A stretch of 47,756 nucleotides of DNA from an uncultured Pseudomonadota bacterium (GTDB lineage Bacteria > Pseudomonadota > Gammaproteobacteria > Burkholderiales > Eutrophovitaceae): the NCBI GenBank assembly GCA_913057675.1, contig CAJXOL010000003.1:1-47756 (forward strand). Reading direction: 5' to 3'. Position 1 is the first letter of the stretch; the number at the start of each line of letters is the position of its first letter. A model generated the notes under the pieces. The model saw nothing but the letters and a program-made list of their open reading frames with translations, had not been told where the DNA came from and searched no databases. The translations under genes and the position numbers were made by a program. Below are positions 21,086-32,238 of the stretch, in pieces.

Positions 21086-22345
21086 ATGCATCTATCTGAT
21101 TTAAAAGACCTCCACATTAGCGAGCTAATTGAAATGGCTATGGCTAACGAGGTTGAAAACGCTAATCGTCTGCGTAAACAAGACCTCATATTCGCCCTAC
21201 TAAAAGATCAAGCGAAAAAAGGAGAAAGCATTTCTGGTTCCGGCACCCTTGAGGTCCTTCCAGATGGTTTTGGTTTTCTGCGATCACCTGATACCTCCTA
21301 TCTAGCGGGCCCAGATGATATCTACATCAGCCCATCTCAGATAAGAAGATTCAATCTGCATACAGGAGATTCCGTTGACGGAGAAATCAGAACGCCAAAA
21401 GAGGGGGAGCGTTACTTGGCGCTCGTCAAAGTGGACAAAGTCAACGATGAAGTGCCAGAGAACAGTAAACACAAAACACTGTTTGAAAATCTAACACCTC
21501 TCTTTCCAACAGATAGACTGCAAATGGAAAGAGATATTAAATCCGATGAGAATTTGACGGGTCGAATTGTGGACATAATTGCCCCAGTTGGAAAAGGCCA
21601 AAGGGGCCTTCTCGTAGCCAGCCCAAAAAGCGGTAAAACAGTCATGCTCCAACATATTGCTCACTCAATTGCATCAAACTACCCGGACGTTTATCTCATT
21701 GTGCTACTCATTGACGAGCGACCAGAAGAGGTAACCGAAATGCAACGCTCAGTGCGCGGGGAAGTGGTGTCATCAACCTTTGATGAACCAGCAACACGGC
21801 ACGTGCAAGTGGCAGAAATGGTCATGGAAAAGGCCAAACGTCTCGTGGAAAGTAAAAAAGACGTTGTCATTCTTTTAGATTCAATCACCCGACTCGCTCG
21901 CGCGTACAACACGACTGCGCCGGCCTCAGGAAAAGTTTTGACCGGGGGGGTGGATGCCAATGCCCTTCAAAGACCGAAACGTTTTTTCGGGGCTGCCAGA
22001 AATATAGAGGAAGGCGGGTCACTTACCATTATCGCTACCGCACTTGTCGAGACAGGCTCTAGAATGGATGATGTTATCTATGAGGAATTTAAAGGCACAG
22101 GGAATATGGAGATTCATCTTGATCGTAGAATGGCCGAAAAACGGATCTACCCCTCTATTAATGTGAATCGCTCTGGAACCAGAAAAGAAGAGCTCTTGCT
22201 CGAGCCAGAAATATTACAGAAAGCGTGGATTCTCCGCAAACTGCTCTACCCTATGGATGAATTGGAAGCAACTGAATTCTTAACCGGAAAGATAAAAGCA
22301 ACTAAGAGTAACAATGAATTCTTCGACAGCATGAAAAAAGGGTAA
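21086..22345 (+). CDS. rho: Transcription termination factor Rho
   Basis: [38 protein letters not shown]. Confidence 0.99.
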   Translation: MHLSDLKDLHISELIEMAMANEVENANRLRKQDLIFALLKDQAKKGESISGSGTLEVLPDGFGFLRSPDTSYLAGPDDIYISPSQIRRFNLHTGDSVDGEIRTPKEGERYLALVKVDKVNDEVPENSKHKTLFENLTPLFPTDRLQMERDIKSDENLTGRIVDIIAPVGKGQRGLLVASPKSGKTVMLQHIAHSIASNYPDVYLIVLLIDERPEEVTEMQRSVRGEVVSSTFDEPATRHVQVAEMVMEKAKRLVESKKDVVILLDSITRLARAYNTTAPASGKVLTGGVDANALQRPKRFFGAARNIEEGGSLTIIATALVETGSRMDDVIYEEFKGTGNMEIHLDRRMAEKRIYPSINVNRSGTRKEELLLEPEILQKAWILRKLLYPMDELEATEFLTGKIKATKSNNEFFDSMKKG

Positions 22346-22364
22346 GTCAAAATTACATGATTTA

Positions 22365-22393
22365 TTGTAAAATTGTATATTTTCGGGGATAAT
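22365..22393 (+). promoter_or_regulatory. Candidate sigma70 promoter for rpmE
   Basis: TTGTAA-N17-GATAAT, about 90 bp upstream of the rpmE ATG. Confidence 0.5.
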
Positions 22394-22480
22394 CAAGGTC
22401 TGTTTGACTTACACGAACAACAAATTCAAGCAACATTTGGCGTAAATTTCGCCATATTATTTTTTTAGGGTTATTACAAA

Positions 22481-22702
22481 ATGAAAGCAGATATCCATCC
22501 AGGCTACGCCTCAGTCACAGTGACCTGCAGTTGCGGAGAGATTTTTCAGACTCGCTCGACAAGCAAAAAAGACATCTCCATCGAAGTTTGTTCTGTCTGC
22601 CACCCCTTCTATACAGGAAAACAAAAGATCGTAGATACGGCAGGAAGAGTTGAGAGATTCAAGAAAAAGTATGCAAATCTCGGGGTCAAAGCCGGAAAGT
22701 AA
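22481..22702 (+). CDS. rpmE: 50S ribosomal protein L31 (Zn-binding C+ type)
   Basis: [30 protein letters not shown]. Confidence 0.98.
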   Translation: MKADIHPGYASVTVTCSCGEIFQTRSTSKKDISIEVCSVCHPFYTGKQKIVDTAGRVERFKKKYANLGVKAGK

Positions 22703-22725
22703 TCTGGATGATCTATGTACCATAT

Positions 22726-22752
22726 AAAAAGGCAGCCAAGGCTGCCTTTTTT
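22726..22752 (+). terminator. Intrinsic terminator after rpmE (possibly bidirectional)
   Basis: AAAAA-GGCAGC-CAAG-GCTGCC-TTTTTT. Confidence 0.9.
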
Positions 22753-22806
22753 AATTCGGAATATTTGTTCGCAATCTTTAGGGATACTTAATCGCAAAAA
22801 ATTACG

Positions 22807-24471
22807 ATGCTAAAACCAGGCTCTTACTTTAGGCACGAAAAAACTGCAGTCAGCATTACCAACAATCCGATGTTGCTGACCTCCCTGCTCTGCGTCGCTT
22901 GGACGATGTTCGGCCTTATTGGTCACGACCCTTGGAAATCAGAAGAAGCGTTACTCATTAGTCATCTATCCCAATTCACTAGCAGTGATTTCTGTCTCGA
23001 CCTATTAGCAATAAACGATGTAACGTTGGCTGGTCCGCTGTTCTATTTGATCGCGATTAATTTTATTGAGATCTGGAGCTCTGTACTCGCACCTCATGAT
23101 GCCGCTAGACTCACTCTTTCTGTTTGGCTGTTGTCTGCGATACTATTCACCGCCCTCACAGCTGGTGAATTATGGGGACGAACACAATCCTGGGTAGCCC
23201 CTTTGCTACTTATAGGTTCTGTCGGGCTCTTAGTTAAATCGCATCAGCTATCAGCAACTCCCGTACTTATTTCTGGGTTAGCAATCTTCTTTTATGGTCT
23301 CGCTAGCGCACCGCGACGATCGATTGTTGGCGGAGTATGGTTAGGACTAGGTGTCTCGATTATCCTCTTGGGCACCGCTTTTCAGAATGTGGCTATACCC
23401 ATTTTTACGATTTTTTTAATGTCACTCATCAACCTCAGATACCGTGGATTGAGATTTACAGCCTCTCTAGCAATTGCAGGTCTCATTGTCATCATGTCTG
23501 CGGGAATATGGCTAACTATTCTTAATCAAAGCGACCCTTCGTTTCCAGCACGCTGGGTAGCTCTTACTTGGTCGGGAGCAACAGATTCATTCAAGGTTCC
23601 CTCAATGCATGAACTCATTTATCAAACGTCTGCATTGCCATGGTTTACATGGCCCACTTGGATATTTTTGGTTTGGTCACTATGGGTTGAAGGACGAGAG
23701 GGGCTCAAACGTAAAGAACTGCAATTACCTATCGTGCTAGGGATAGCAATAACCTTAGTTTTAGTGTTCACAACCATAAATAAAGAATCTGGTCTAGGCC
23801 CAATCTTATTACCGTTTGCTTTAATTGGATCCATTGCCGCTAGCCGAATACCTAGAAGCGTTGGTACTGCACTTTATTGGTTTGCAATAATGGCCTCTGC
23901 ATTCTTCACCATAACAGCCTGGGTTTATTTTTCGGCTTCTCACTTCGGATTTCCACAAGAGTTATCCGAACACTTATTGGAATTATTACCTGGATATGAA
24001 TCTGAGAAGAGAGATATTGCCGTACTCCTTGCAGCGCTGCTTACTGCAACATGGTTTTTACTAATTTTTAATATCAAAAGACTACCCGAGCGCTCCATTT
24101 TGATTTGGGCAATGAATTTGACATTTGGCTGGATGCTGTCTGTCTTACTGCTTTTTCATTGGATTGACGAACGCAAGACGTACGCACCAATGGTTCATTC
24201 AATGATGCGACACATCGATCCAAATTACGACTGTATCATTGCGCAAGTAGGCCCTGCGCAAAGAGGCTTAATCCAATATTATGGAAGAATTGTGACCACC
24301 GATATTTATATAGAAAAAAATGGTCAAAGCTGTGACTACCTGATCTATCAAGACCATTCCGAAGCTGATAACCACATTGGATTACCTTGGTCCATGATTT
24401 GGGAAGGCGGCCGCGTGGGAGACCGAGCAGAACGCTATAGACTATACAAAAGAGAAATAGGTTTAGATTAG
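22807..24471 (+). CDS. Polytopic inner-membrane protein, ArnT/PMT (GT39/GT83)-like glycosyltransferase
   Basis: GHDPWK, HDAARL, WFTWP motifs, about 13 hydrophobic segments and C-terminal WEGGR; this family typically follows rpmE in Betaproteobacteria. Confidence 0.72.
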   Translation: MLKPGSYFRHEKTAVSITNNPMLLTSLLCVAWTMFGLIGHDPWKSEEALLISHLSQFTSSDFCLDLLAINDVTLAGPLFYLIAINFIEIWSSVLAPHDAARLTLSVWLLSAILFTALTAGELWGRTQSWVAPLLLIGSVGLLVKSHQLSATPVLISGLAIFFYGLASAPRRSIVGGVWLGLGVSIILLGTAFQNVAIPIFTIFLMSLINLRYRGLRFTASLAIAGLIVIMSAGIWLTILNQSDPSFPARWVALTWSGATDSFKVPSMHELIYQTSALPWFTWPTWIFLVWSLWVEGREGLKRKELQLPIVLGIAITLVLVFTTINKESGLGPILLPFALIGSIAASRIPRSVGTALYWFAIMASAFFTITAWVYFSASHFGFPQELSEHLLELLPGYESEKRDIAVLLAALLTATWFLLIFNIKRLPERSILIWAMNLTFGWMLSVLLLFHWIDERKTYAPMVHSMMRHIDPNYDCIIAQVGPAQRGLIQYYGRIVTTDIYIEKNGQSCDYLIYQDHSEADNHIGLPWSMIWEGGRVGDRAERYRLYKREIGLD

Positions 24472-25352
24472 TGAAAAACACTGTACAAAGATTTTTGTTT
24501 GAATTCTCCGATATACGTGGGGAAATTGTAAGCCTCGATAGTTCTTGGGAAAGTGTATTAACGCGCAGAGACTATCCACCTTCAGTCAGAAAATTGCTGG
24601 GGGAAATTACTGCGGCCACAACCTTACTATCTGCAACAATAAAATTTGACGGGACCTTATCGATCCAGTTCAAAGGCCAATCTGCATTGCTATTGTTACT
24701 AGCAGAGACCACAGGTATATCCAGCTTTAGATCGACCGCAAAGTGGCGAGATAACGATGAACTTGGAGATTCAAATGTGAATCTTCTATCACAAGGAACG
24801 CTCGCAGTAACCCTTACACCAAAAAAATCAGGGCAAGCCTACCAGGGCCTTGTAGATGTTCACAGCGACTCCATTCAGAAATCTTTAGAAGACTACATGC
24901 AACAGTCTGAGCAATTGACTACGCGACTATGGCTTGCATCAAACGACCAAAAGGCTACTGGCATTTTGCTGCAAAAGTTACCCACGGAACGCCATGAGGC
25001 TTCAGACGATTGGCATAGGATCACGACTCTCGCGGCTACAGTTACAAACGAAGAATTATTAACTCTAGACTTTGAAACAATACTCAAGAGATTATTTCAC
25101 GAGGAAACCATTCGAGTGTTTGATGAAAATTCTGTTAATTTTTCTTGCTCATGCTCAGAAAATAGAACTGATGGCATGCTTCAATCCCTCGGGGAGTTAG
25201 AAGTAAGAATTATTTTAAGTGAAGAAGGCAATGTGAACATTACTTGTGAGTTCTGCGGAAAAAATTATATTTATTCGCCTTCTGGGATTGATCGAATATT
25301 TTCCTATGAATCTCGAGAGTCCACGCAAGAGACCAATGGCTCTATCAACTGA
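24471..25352 (+). CDS. hslO: Redox-regulated chaperone Hsp33
   Basis: QRFLFE..IRGE, YQGLV, QSEQL, CSC...CEFC Zn-binding motif; the GTG start overlaps the upstream stop. Confidence 0.95.
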   Translation: MKNTVQRFLFEFSDIRGEIVSLDSSWESVLTRRDYPPSVRKLLGEITAATTLLSATIKFDGTLSIQFKGQSALLLLLAETTGISSFRSTAKWRDNDELGDSNVNLLSQGTLAVTLTPKKSGQAYQGLVDVHSDSIQKSLEDYMQQSEQLTTRLWLASNDQKATGILLQKLPTERHEASDDWHRITTLAATVTNEELLTLDFETILKRLFHEETIRVFDENSVNFSCSCSENRTDGMLQSLGELEVRIILSEEGNVNITCEFCGKNYIYSPSGIDRIFSYESRESTQETNGSIN

Positions 25353-25393
25353 TAGACCTTATACCTCAATTCTTAACCACCTGATGCTACGTC

Positions 25394-25789
25394 ATGACTG
25401 ATGTAAAACAAGTTCGATTAGATAAGTGGCTCTGGGCTGCACGTTTCTACAAAACCCGAGCTCTCGCCGCTAATGCAGTAACCAACGGACGAGTTAAGGT
25501 CAATGGCGCGAAAACTAAACCCTCAAAAAAACTTAGCGTAGAAGATCAAATTAATATCCAATTGAGTTCAATTTCATGGGATATACAAGTCAAAGAACTC
25601 TCCTGTCAGCGCGTTTCAGCTGATTTGGCTAAACACTTTTATGAAGAATCAGCTGAAAGTAAAAGTCAAAGAAACACGATAACCGAAGCACTCAACGCGG
25701 AAAAAAAGCTGCAAACTCCGAAGTACGGAAATCGACCGACTAAAAGAGGCCGTCAACAAATCATCCGTTTCAAGCAAAACGACGGTTAA
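25394..25789 (+). CDS. hslR: Ribosome-associated heat shock protein Hsp15 (S4 domain)
   Basis: VRLDKWLWAARFYKTR, YEES, RPTKR. Confidence 0.95.
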   Translation: MTDVKQVRLDKWLWAARFYKTRALAANAVTNGRVKVNGAKTKPSKKLSVEDQINIQLSSISWDIQVKELSCQRVSADLAKHFYEESAESKSQRNTITEALNAEKKLQTPKYGNRPTKRGRQQIIRFKQNDG

Positions 25790-25856
25790 AAAAATGGTAC
25801 ATATAACGACAATTAGAAAAAATAAACTAAAGTATTTATACTTATAAAAAAATTTA

Positions 25857-25868
25857 TGCGACGCACCT
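25857..25868 (+). promoter_or_regulatory. Possible PhaR-type operator upstream of the thiolase
   Basis: TGCGACGCACCT matches the TGC-R-N-Y-GCA core, in an AT-rich intergenic region about 110 bp before bktB. Confidence 0.4.
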
Positions 25869-25976
25869 TTTTGGTCAGATCAAGGTATAAGCACCAAGAT
25901 TAGAGGGACAGAAATCTGCGGACGTAAGTTTTGTGCTGACGCTGCCGAGAACAAAAAATTTCATAAGGGAAAGAAA

Positions 25977-27164
25977 ATGATAGATGAGCGAGAAGTCGTG
26001 GTTGTATCTGGAGTTCGGACAGCAATCGGAGACTACGGTGGATCTCTAAAAGATTTTTCGCCAACAGATCTAGCCGCGAAATGTATCGAAGAGGCTCTCA
26101 CAAGAGCGAAAATCGAACCCCAAGATGTTGGGCATGTAGTGTTTGGAAATGTAATTCATACCGAACCCAAAGATATGTACTTTGCGCGGGTAGCGAGTAT
26201 GAATGGTGGAATTCCAAAAGAAGTGCCAGCTCTGACCTTAAATAGATTGTGTGGCAGTGGACTACAAGCCATCGTGACAGCAGCACAAATGATCAAATTA
26301 GGCGATACAAATATTGCAGTAGCCGGCGGAGGTGAATCTATGAGTCGATCCAATTACTGGCTACCGACTGCTAGATGGGGATCAAAAATGGGAGACCAGG
26401 CAATCATTGACTCTATGGTTGGTGCGCTCTCGGACCCTTTTGAAGGTATGCATATGGGGGTCACTGCTGAAAATGTAGCCTCCGAGTATGAATTAAGTCG
26501 CGATACCCAAGATGCCTTTGCACTGGAGTCTCATCAAAGAGCTACTAGAGCCATCAAAAACGGATGGTTTAAGGATCAAATACTCCCTATCGAAGTCAAA
26601 GACGGAAGATCCACTCGAATTTTTGACACAGACGAACATGTTCGTGAGGATGTTTCATTGGCCAGTCTTGCTAAGTTACGTACGGTGTTTAAAAAAGACG
26701 GGACAGTAACCGCAGGAAATGCCTCAGGTATTAATGATGGTGCAGCTGTTCTTGTTCTCATGGAGAAAAAGGAAGCTGAGTTAAGAGGAATCAAGCCTTT
26801 AGCTCAATTGGTCAGTTACGGACACGCCGGTGTGGACCCCAGAGTCATGGGGTTAGGCCCTATACCAGCCGTTAAAAGCGCGCTAGAAAAAGCGAACCTA
26901 GATATAAGTGATATTGATATTGTCGAATCCAATGAAGCCTTCGCCGCTCAAGCGTGTGCAGTTTCTCAAAGCTTAAATTTTGACCCAAGCAAAACCAATC
27001 CGAACGGAGGTGCCGTTGCTATGGGACATCCGGTAGGTGCCACGGGCGCAATCATTACAATTAAAGCCCTCTACGAACTCAACCGAACTCAAGGACAACA
27101 CGCGCTCGTGACTATGTGTATTGGGGGTGGCCAAGGAATCGCTGCTGTATTTAAAAGTGTATAA
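25977..27164 (+). CDS. bktB: Beta-ketothiolase (acetyl-CoA C-acyltransferase), BktB-like
   Basis: REVVVVSGVRTAIG, GNVIHTEPKDMY, NRLCGSG, NEAFA, GHPVGATG, MCIGGGQG. Confidence 0.9.
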   Translation: MIDEREVVVVSGVRTAIGDYGGSLKDFSPTDLAAKCIEEALTRAKIEPQDVGHVVFGNVIHTEPKDMYFARVASMNGGIPKEVPALTLNRLCGSGLQAIVTAAQMIKLGDTNIAVAGGGESMSRSNYWLPTARWGSKMGDQAIIDSMVGALSDPFEGMHMGVTAENVASEYELSRDTQDAFALESHQRATRAIKNGWFKDQILPIEVKDGRSTRIFDTDEHVREDVSLASLAKLRTVFKKDGTVTAGNASGINDGAAVLVLMEKKEAELRGIKPLAQLVSYGHAGVDPRVMGLGPIPAVKSALEKANLDISDIDIVESNEAFAAQACAVSQSLNFDPSKTNPNGGAVAMGHPVGATGAIITIKALYELNRTQGQHALVTMCIGGGQGIAAVFKSV

Positions 27165-27436
27165 ACGTCAAATAAATCTTAATAATAAATGCAGCAAACT
27201 GTGAATGCTGCTGCAACTCCTTTAACTAAGACCACTGTCTCCAAAATATACAAGTAAAAGGCTCCAAACTTACGTCTCGGCATCGAGCCTCAATTACCGT
27301 TAATAGCGTTTTTTTCAATTTGACGCATGACCCAGCCAACATTATTATGCAACATTAAGATGGGTTTTTAACGCGGCTTTCATAACAATCTAATCCCGTC
27401 GTGCACTGTGAACGGAGCGAATATCCTCTTTGCCAT

Positions 27437-29050
27437 ATGCCTAGAATTTTTAATACAGAAACATGGAAAGCACTCGAGAAATGTGGTCAGGACCCGAACC
27501 TGGAAACGATTGGAGAACTCTTTAATAAAGACGTCAGCCGGCCCGAAAAATTCTCACTCGAACTCGACGGACTCTATCTCGATTATTCTCGAAATCAAAT
27601 TAGCGAGAAAACTAAAGATTTACTTTTAAGCATTTGCGATCATGCGCACTTAAAGGATCAGATCACAGCTATGTTTTCGGGAAAAAGAATCAACACTTCG
27701 GAAAATAGAGCCGCATTGCATACTGCTCTTAGATCTAACGGTAAAGAGTATCCCAAGGGACCACCCAAGGAAATAAGAACATCCACCAATGACAACTTAG
27801 AGCAGATGCGCATGCTGTCTCATAAATTTAGAGATGGTAAGCTCGTTGGCTCTACGGGACAAAAGATCAACGCCGTCATTAATATTGGCATTGGCGGCTC
27901 AGACTTAGGACCCAAATTAGTATATTCAGCTCTGAAGAACCACGACCATCCACTCGTCTTATTCGTATCTAATATTGACGAATCAGATTTAACTGGAAAA
28001 CTGAAAGATGTGAACCCAGCTAAGACGTTATTCGTAATAGCTTCTAAAACCTTCACAACAGCAGAAACAATTACAAATGCCAAGAAGGCGCTATCGTGGC
28101 TTACGCGAACATTAAACGTTGATGAAAAAAATGCAATTGAACATCATTTTGTAGCAACTACGGCAAACCCATCTGTGGCAGAAAAGTTCGGGATCAAGAC
28201 GGAAAATATTTTTCAGTTCTGGGATTGGGTTGGTGGTCGCTACTCCCTGTGGTCTGCAGTTGGTTTACCAATTGCACTGGGTCTTGGATTTGAGACGTTT
28301 GAAGTGCTTCTTCGAGGCGCCGAAGACATGGACGTACACTTTAGCACTGCTCCCGCTGCACTTAACTTACCAATCATGCTCGCACTAGTTGGCATTTGGC
28401 ACGTTAACTTCAGAAACTACTGCGCGCACGCAATACTCCCTTACACCGAGCGTCTTTCATTATTTCCCGAGTACCTGCAGCAACTAGAGATGGAGAGCAA
28501 CGGTAAAATGGTTGATCGATCCGAGTCTCAGATAAGCCACACCACCGCCCCAATCATTTGGGGCTCCAGAGGGACAAATTTCCAGCATAGCTTCGCGCAG
28601 CACTTGCACCAAAGCCCGATCGTGACCCCTTGCGACTTTATTGCGGTCGCAGCTGACAACAAAAACCATCAAAGCGTCAAACCATTGCTCGCCAACTGCC
28701 TCGCGCAGATCGAAGCCTTAGCCTTTGGAAATCAAGATCCAATGAAGTCGAATGGACAAACAAAACCTTCACAAATCATTGAGGGAAATCGCCCCTCCAA
28801 TGTAATCATATTGGATAAATTAAATGCAAGGACATTGGGCAGCATGCTAGCTTTATACGAACATAAAGTATTTGTTCAAGGGGTCATCTGGAACATCAAC
28901 TCTTTCGACCAATGGGGTGTTGAACTTGGAAAATCACTCGCAAAAAGAATTGAAAAAGAGTTAGAGTCAGGTGATAACTCCGAAAACACACTTAAATCCA
29001 GCGCCAATCTCATAGAGCGTATTAACACTCAAAAACAGAGATCTAGCTAA
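27437..29050 (+). CDS. pgi: Glucose-6-phosphate isomerase
   Basis: [40 protein letters not shown]; ATG at 27437 preferred. Confidence 0.97.
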   Translation: MPRIFNTETWKALEKCGQDPNLETIGELFNKDVSRPEKFSLELDGLYLDYSRNQISEKTKDLLLSICDHAHLKDQITAMFSGKRINTSENRAALHTALRSNGKEYPKGPPKEIRTSTNDNLEQMRMLSHKFRDGKLVGSTGQKINAVINIGIGGSDLGPKLVYSALKNHDHPLVLFVSNIDESDLTGKLKDVNPAKTLFVIASKTFTTAETITNAKKALSWLTRTLNVDEKNAIEHHFVATTANPSVAEKFGIKTENIFQFWDWVGGRYSLWSAVGLPIALGLGFETFEVLLRGAEDMDVHFSTAPAALNLPIMLALVGIWHVNFRNYCAHAILPYTERLSLFPEYLQQLEMESNGKMVDRSESQISHTTAPIIWGSRGTNFQHSFAQHLHQSPIVTPCDFIAVAADNKNHQSVKPLLANCLAQIEALAFGNQDPMKSNGQTKPSQIIEGNRPSNVIILDKLNARTLGSMLALYEHKVFVQGVIWNINSFDQWGVELGKSLAKRIEKELESGDNSENTLKSSANLIERINTQKQRSS

Positions 29051-29588
29051 CGATAAAGTGTTCTCGATAATATTTCAGCTCATCAATTGACTCTTCTACA
29101 TCTGCTAGCGCTTCATGCTTCCCATGCTTCACTAGTCCCTTAATTGTCTCCGGCTTCCAACGCTTAGCCAGCTCTTTCAAAGTAGACACATCTAGATTTC
29201 TATAATGGAAATAAGATTCCAATTTCGGCATCCATTTGGCCATGAAACGCCTATCCTGACAGATTGAATTACCGCACATAGGAGACGTATTAGGAGGCAC
29301 GAACCGCTTTAAGTACTCAAGCGCTGATTGCTCTATCTCACTTTCATCGGTCGCGGACATCTTGACACGCTCAATAAGACCACTTTTCCCATGAGTTCCC
29401 TTATTCCAATCATCCATTCCGTCAAGAATATCCTCAGCTTGATGAACAACCCAAACCCCACCCTCATCCAAAACATTCAGTTCGGAATCAGTAATGACGA
29501 TCGCCAACTCGATAATACGATCGCGTTCCGGAAGAAGTCCCGTCATCTCCATATCAAGCCAAATTAAATTTTCAGTACTTTGAGGCAT
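29043..29588 (-). CDS. orn: Oligoribonuclease
   Basis: [40 protein letters not shown]. Confidence 0.98.
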   Translation of the reverse strand: MPQSTENLIWLDMEMTGLLPERDRIIELAIVITDSELNVLDEGGVWVVHQAEDILDGMDDWNKGTHGKSGLIERVKMSATDESEIEQSALEYLKRFVPPNTSPMCGNSICQDRRFMAKWMPKLESYFHYRNLDVSTLKELAKRWKPETIKGLVKHGKHEALADVEESIDELKYYREHFIVS

Positions 29589-29662
29589 AATGTGATTATA
29601 ACTATCATTGTCTGTAACGTTATTTTATAAACTTCTTACTATCTAAAACTAGTCGCCTAATT

Positions 29663-30916
29663 ATGATGAACAATGCATTTTCTTATATTTTTCTGCTCTT
29701 CGTATTATCGTCAGTAAGCATAAAAATTTGGCTCTCTATGCGCCAAATTAAAGCCGTTAAATCACACCAAGATCGCGTGCCAACAGCCTTCACTGCAGAC
29801 ATTTCTCTGGAATCCCATAAAAAGGCTGCGAACTATACCGAAGCTAAAATGAAGCTGTCGAATGTTGCTACCCTAGTGGATGCAACTTTGCTTCTTGCTT
29901 TGACATTCGGAGGCATACTGAATTGGCTGCATGCCTTCTCGTCGACCGCCGCATCAGGAACCATCCTTTCAGGATTGGTTTTTTTTGGGCTCCTAGGTCT
30001 ATTTATATCTCTGGTCCAATTACCCATCGATTTATACAAGACATTCATCCTGGAAGAAAAATTCGGCTTCAATAAGATGTCTTTTTCATTATTTTTTAAA
30101 GATCTCATGATTGGCCTCATAGTCTCAGCGGTTATTGGCTCAATATTCATAGCAGGACTGCTTTGGGTCATGGAGACAGCAGGGGTTAACTGGTGGTGGT
30201 ATGCCTGGCTACTTGCTATCATGTTCTGGTTCTTCATCCAGTACATCTCTCCAACTGTCTTAGCACCAATGTTCAATAAATTTTCGCCCTTAAATAACGA
30301 TAAACTAAAAGAACGTATTGAGGGCTTACTAAAGAAATGCGGCTTTCAATCTAGCGGGTTATTTGTAATGGATGGCAGTCGCAGAAGCAGCCACGGAAAT
30401 GCGTACTTCACTGGATTTGGAAAATCCAAAAGAATCGTATTTTTTGATACGCTCATTAATAAGCATAGTCCGGACGAAATTGAAGCTGTGTTAGCACACG
30501 AGTTAGGACACTTCAAGTTGAAACATGTATTTAAATTAACATGCTTCTTAGTTCTGGTTAGTCTGATATTCTTTGCATTACTTGGTGCACTTCAACAGTC
30601 AGCCTTTATCCACGAAGCGCTGAACCTGAATGCGTTCGGCTCATCCTCTTTGCTGTTAGCTGCTTTTTATTTTGGCCTACCGCCATTTTTGTTTTTATTC
30701 AGACCATTATTTACTGCCTACCTCAGAAAAAATGAATTTGAAGCCGATGCGTATGCAGCTCAGCAGGCCCCCGCAAAAGAGCTGATTAAGGCGCTTATAA
30801 AACTCTACAAAGATAACTCTTCGACATTGACGCCAGATAAATTATACTCGGCGTTTTATGACTCACACCCTCCAGCTTCAGCACGAATTACGAGACTTGA
30901 AGCGTCCATTAATTAA
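29663..30916 (+). CDS. M48 (Ste24-like) membrane zinc metalloprotease
   Basis: DGSRRSSHGNAYFTG, HELGH, EFEAD, YDSHPP. Confidence 0.95.
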   Translation: MMNNAFSYIFLLFVLSSVSIKIWLSMRQIKAVKSHQDRVPTAFTADISLESHKKAANYTEAKMKLSNVATLVDATLLLALTFGGILNWLHAFSSTAASGTILSGLVFFGLLGLFISLVQLPIDLYKTFILEEKFGFNKMSFSLFFKDLMIGLIVSAVIGSIFIAGLLWVMETAGVNWWWYAWLLAIMFWFFIQYISPTVLAPMFNKFSPLNNDKLKERIEGLLKKCGFQSSGLFVMDGSRRSSHGNAYFTGFGKSKRIVFFDTLINKHSPDEIEAVLAHELGHFKLKHVFKLTCFLVLVSLIFFALLGALQQSAFIHEALNLNAFGSSSLLLAAFYFGLPPFLFLFRPLFTAYLRKNEFEADAYAAQQAPAKELIKALIKLYKDNSSTLTPDKLYSAFYDSHPPASARITRLEASIN

Positions 30917-30935
30917 TTGAGAAAAAACTTAAAAA

Positions 30936-31280
30936 TTGACAAATAAAATCATCGAAAACCTTGTTAGGCAGAAATGTACGCCTTGCGAAGGTGGCATAGA
31001 TCCTATTCCTGAAACGCAAATTCATCTCATGCTTAACGGGATGCCTGGATGGGATTACGCTGAAGGTCATATCAGTAAAAAATATACATTTAAGAATCAT
31101 TATCAGACAGTTGCATTCGCCAATGCGGTAGCGTGGATTTCTCATCGCGAAGATCATCATCCGGATGTTTCAGTCGGGTACAACACGTGCAATGTGAGCT
31201 ACACAACTCATGCGATTAATGGACTCAGCCAAAATGATTTTATTTGTGGGGCTAAAGTCGACCACCTCTTTGACTTATAA
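30936..31280 (+). CDS. phhB: Pterin-4-alpha-carbinolamine dehydratase
   Basis: [32 protein letters not shown]. Confidence 0.93.
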   Translation: MTNKIIENLVRQKCTPCEGGIDPIPETQIHLMLNGMPGWDYAEGHISKKYTFKNHYQTVAFANAVAWISHREDHHPDVSVGYNTCNVSYTTHAINGLSQNDFICGAKVDHLFDL

Positions 31281-31328
31281 AATCACTCACAATATTGCTG
31301 CCGTATCAAAAGCGATGAAACTGTTCGT

Positions 31329-32207
31329 TTGAATACTGAGTCGCCAACACAAAAAGGTACAATCATATCGGCTCACGGAAGACATTACTCCGTGGAACTC
31401 AATGATGGACTAATCATCATGGCTTATCCTCGAGGCAGGTCAACAAAATACGCCTGCGGAGATGAATGCGTCCTGAACGTGAACGGCTCAGAGGGGAGAA
31501 TTCTCACCATTGAGCAACGTTCTTCTATTTTTTGGCGATCCGATACCTTTAAACAAAAGCTAATCGCAGCAAACATCACGATGATTATATTGGTAGTGGC
31601 GACCGACCTGCCCATTAATTACTCTCTGATCACACGATGCTTAGTTGCCGCAGAAGAACAACGCATCACCGTAAGGATACTGGTCAACAAATCGGACTTA
31701 GGCGAAAACACCTCATCAAGCAACTTCATCGAGCAATACACGAATCTCGGATATAGTCCCATTGCTGTCTCCGCAATCACCGACACACAGGCTATCAGAG
31801 AAATAATTAAGGATCAAAGAATAGTACTTGTCGGCCAATCTGGAGTTGGTAAAACAACAATCGTCAACAACATGATCAGTGCGGTAAACGCTAAAACGGC
31901 GGCCATATCTAGCAAGCTAAGAACAGGAAGGCATACAACGACTCATGCCCAACTATATCGGCTAGACGATTCAACATCATTAATCGACTGTCCTGGATTG
32001 CAGTCATTCGGACTAAAACATATTAACCCACAGCACCTGGCTGATTATTTTACTGAATTCCGTAATTACCTGAGTCAGTGCCAGTTTGCCAACTGCACAC
32101 ACACTGTGGAACCGAACTGCCATGTGATTAATGCAGTTAAGGATAAGCTTATCCGCACCACCAGATGGGAACAATACAAAACGATACGGGCAGAAATAAC
32201 CGGCTAG
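31329..32207 (+). CDS. rsgA: Ribosome small subunit-dependent GTPase RsgA
   Basis: Circularly permuted NKSD, GQSGVGKT, GRHTTT, DCPG; CQFANCTH..EPNC Zn finger. Confidence 0.95.
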   Translation: MNTESPTQKGTIISAHGRHYSVELNDGLIIMAYPRGRSTKYACGDECVLNVNGSEGRILTIEQRSSIFWRSDTFKQKLIAANITMIILVVATDLPINYSLITRCLVAAEEQRITVRILVNKSDLGENTSSSNFIEQYTNLGYSPIAVSAITDTQAIREIIKDQRIVLVGQSGVGKTTIVNNMISAVNAKTAAISSKLRTGRHTTTHAQLYRLDDSTSLIDCPGLQSFGLKHINPQHLADYFTEFRNYLSQCQFANCTHTVEPNCHVINAVKDKLIRTTRWEQYKTIRAEITG

Positions 32208-32238
32208 TCAATAACGGAAAAATGTCTACTCAACTCCA

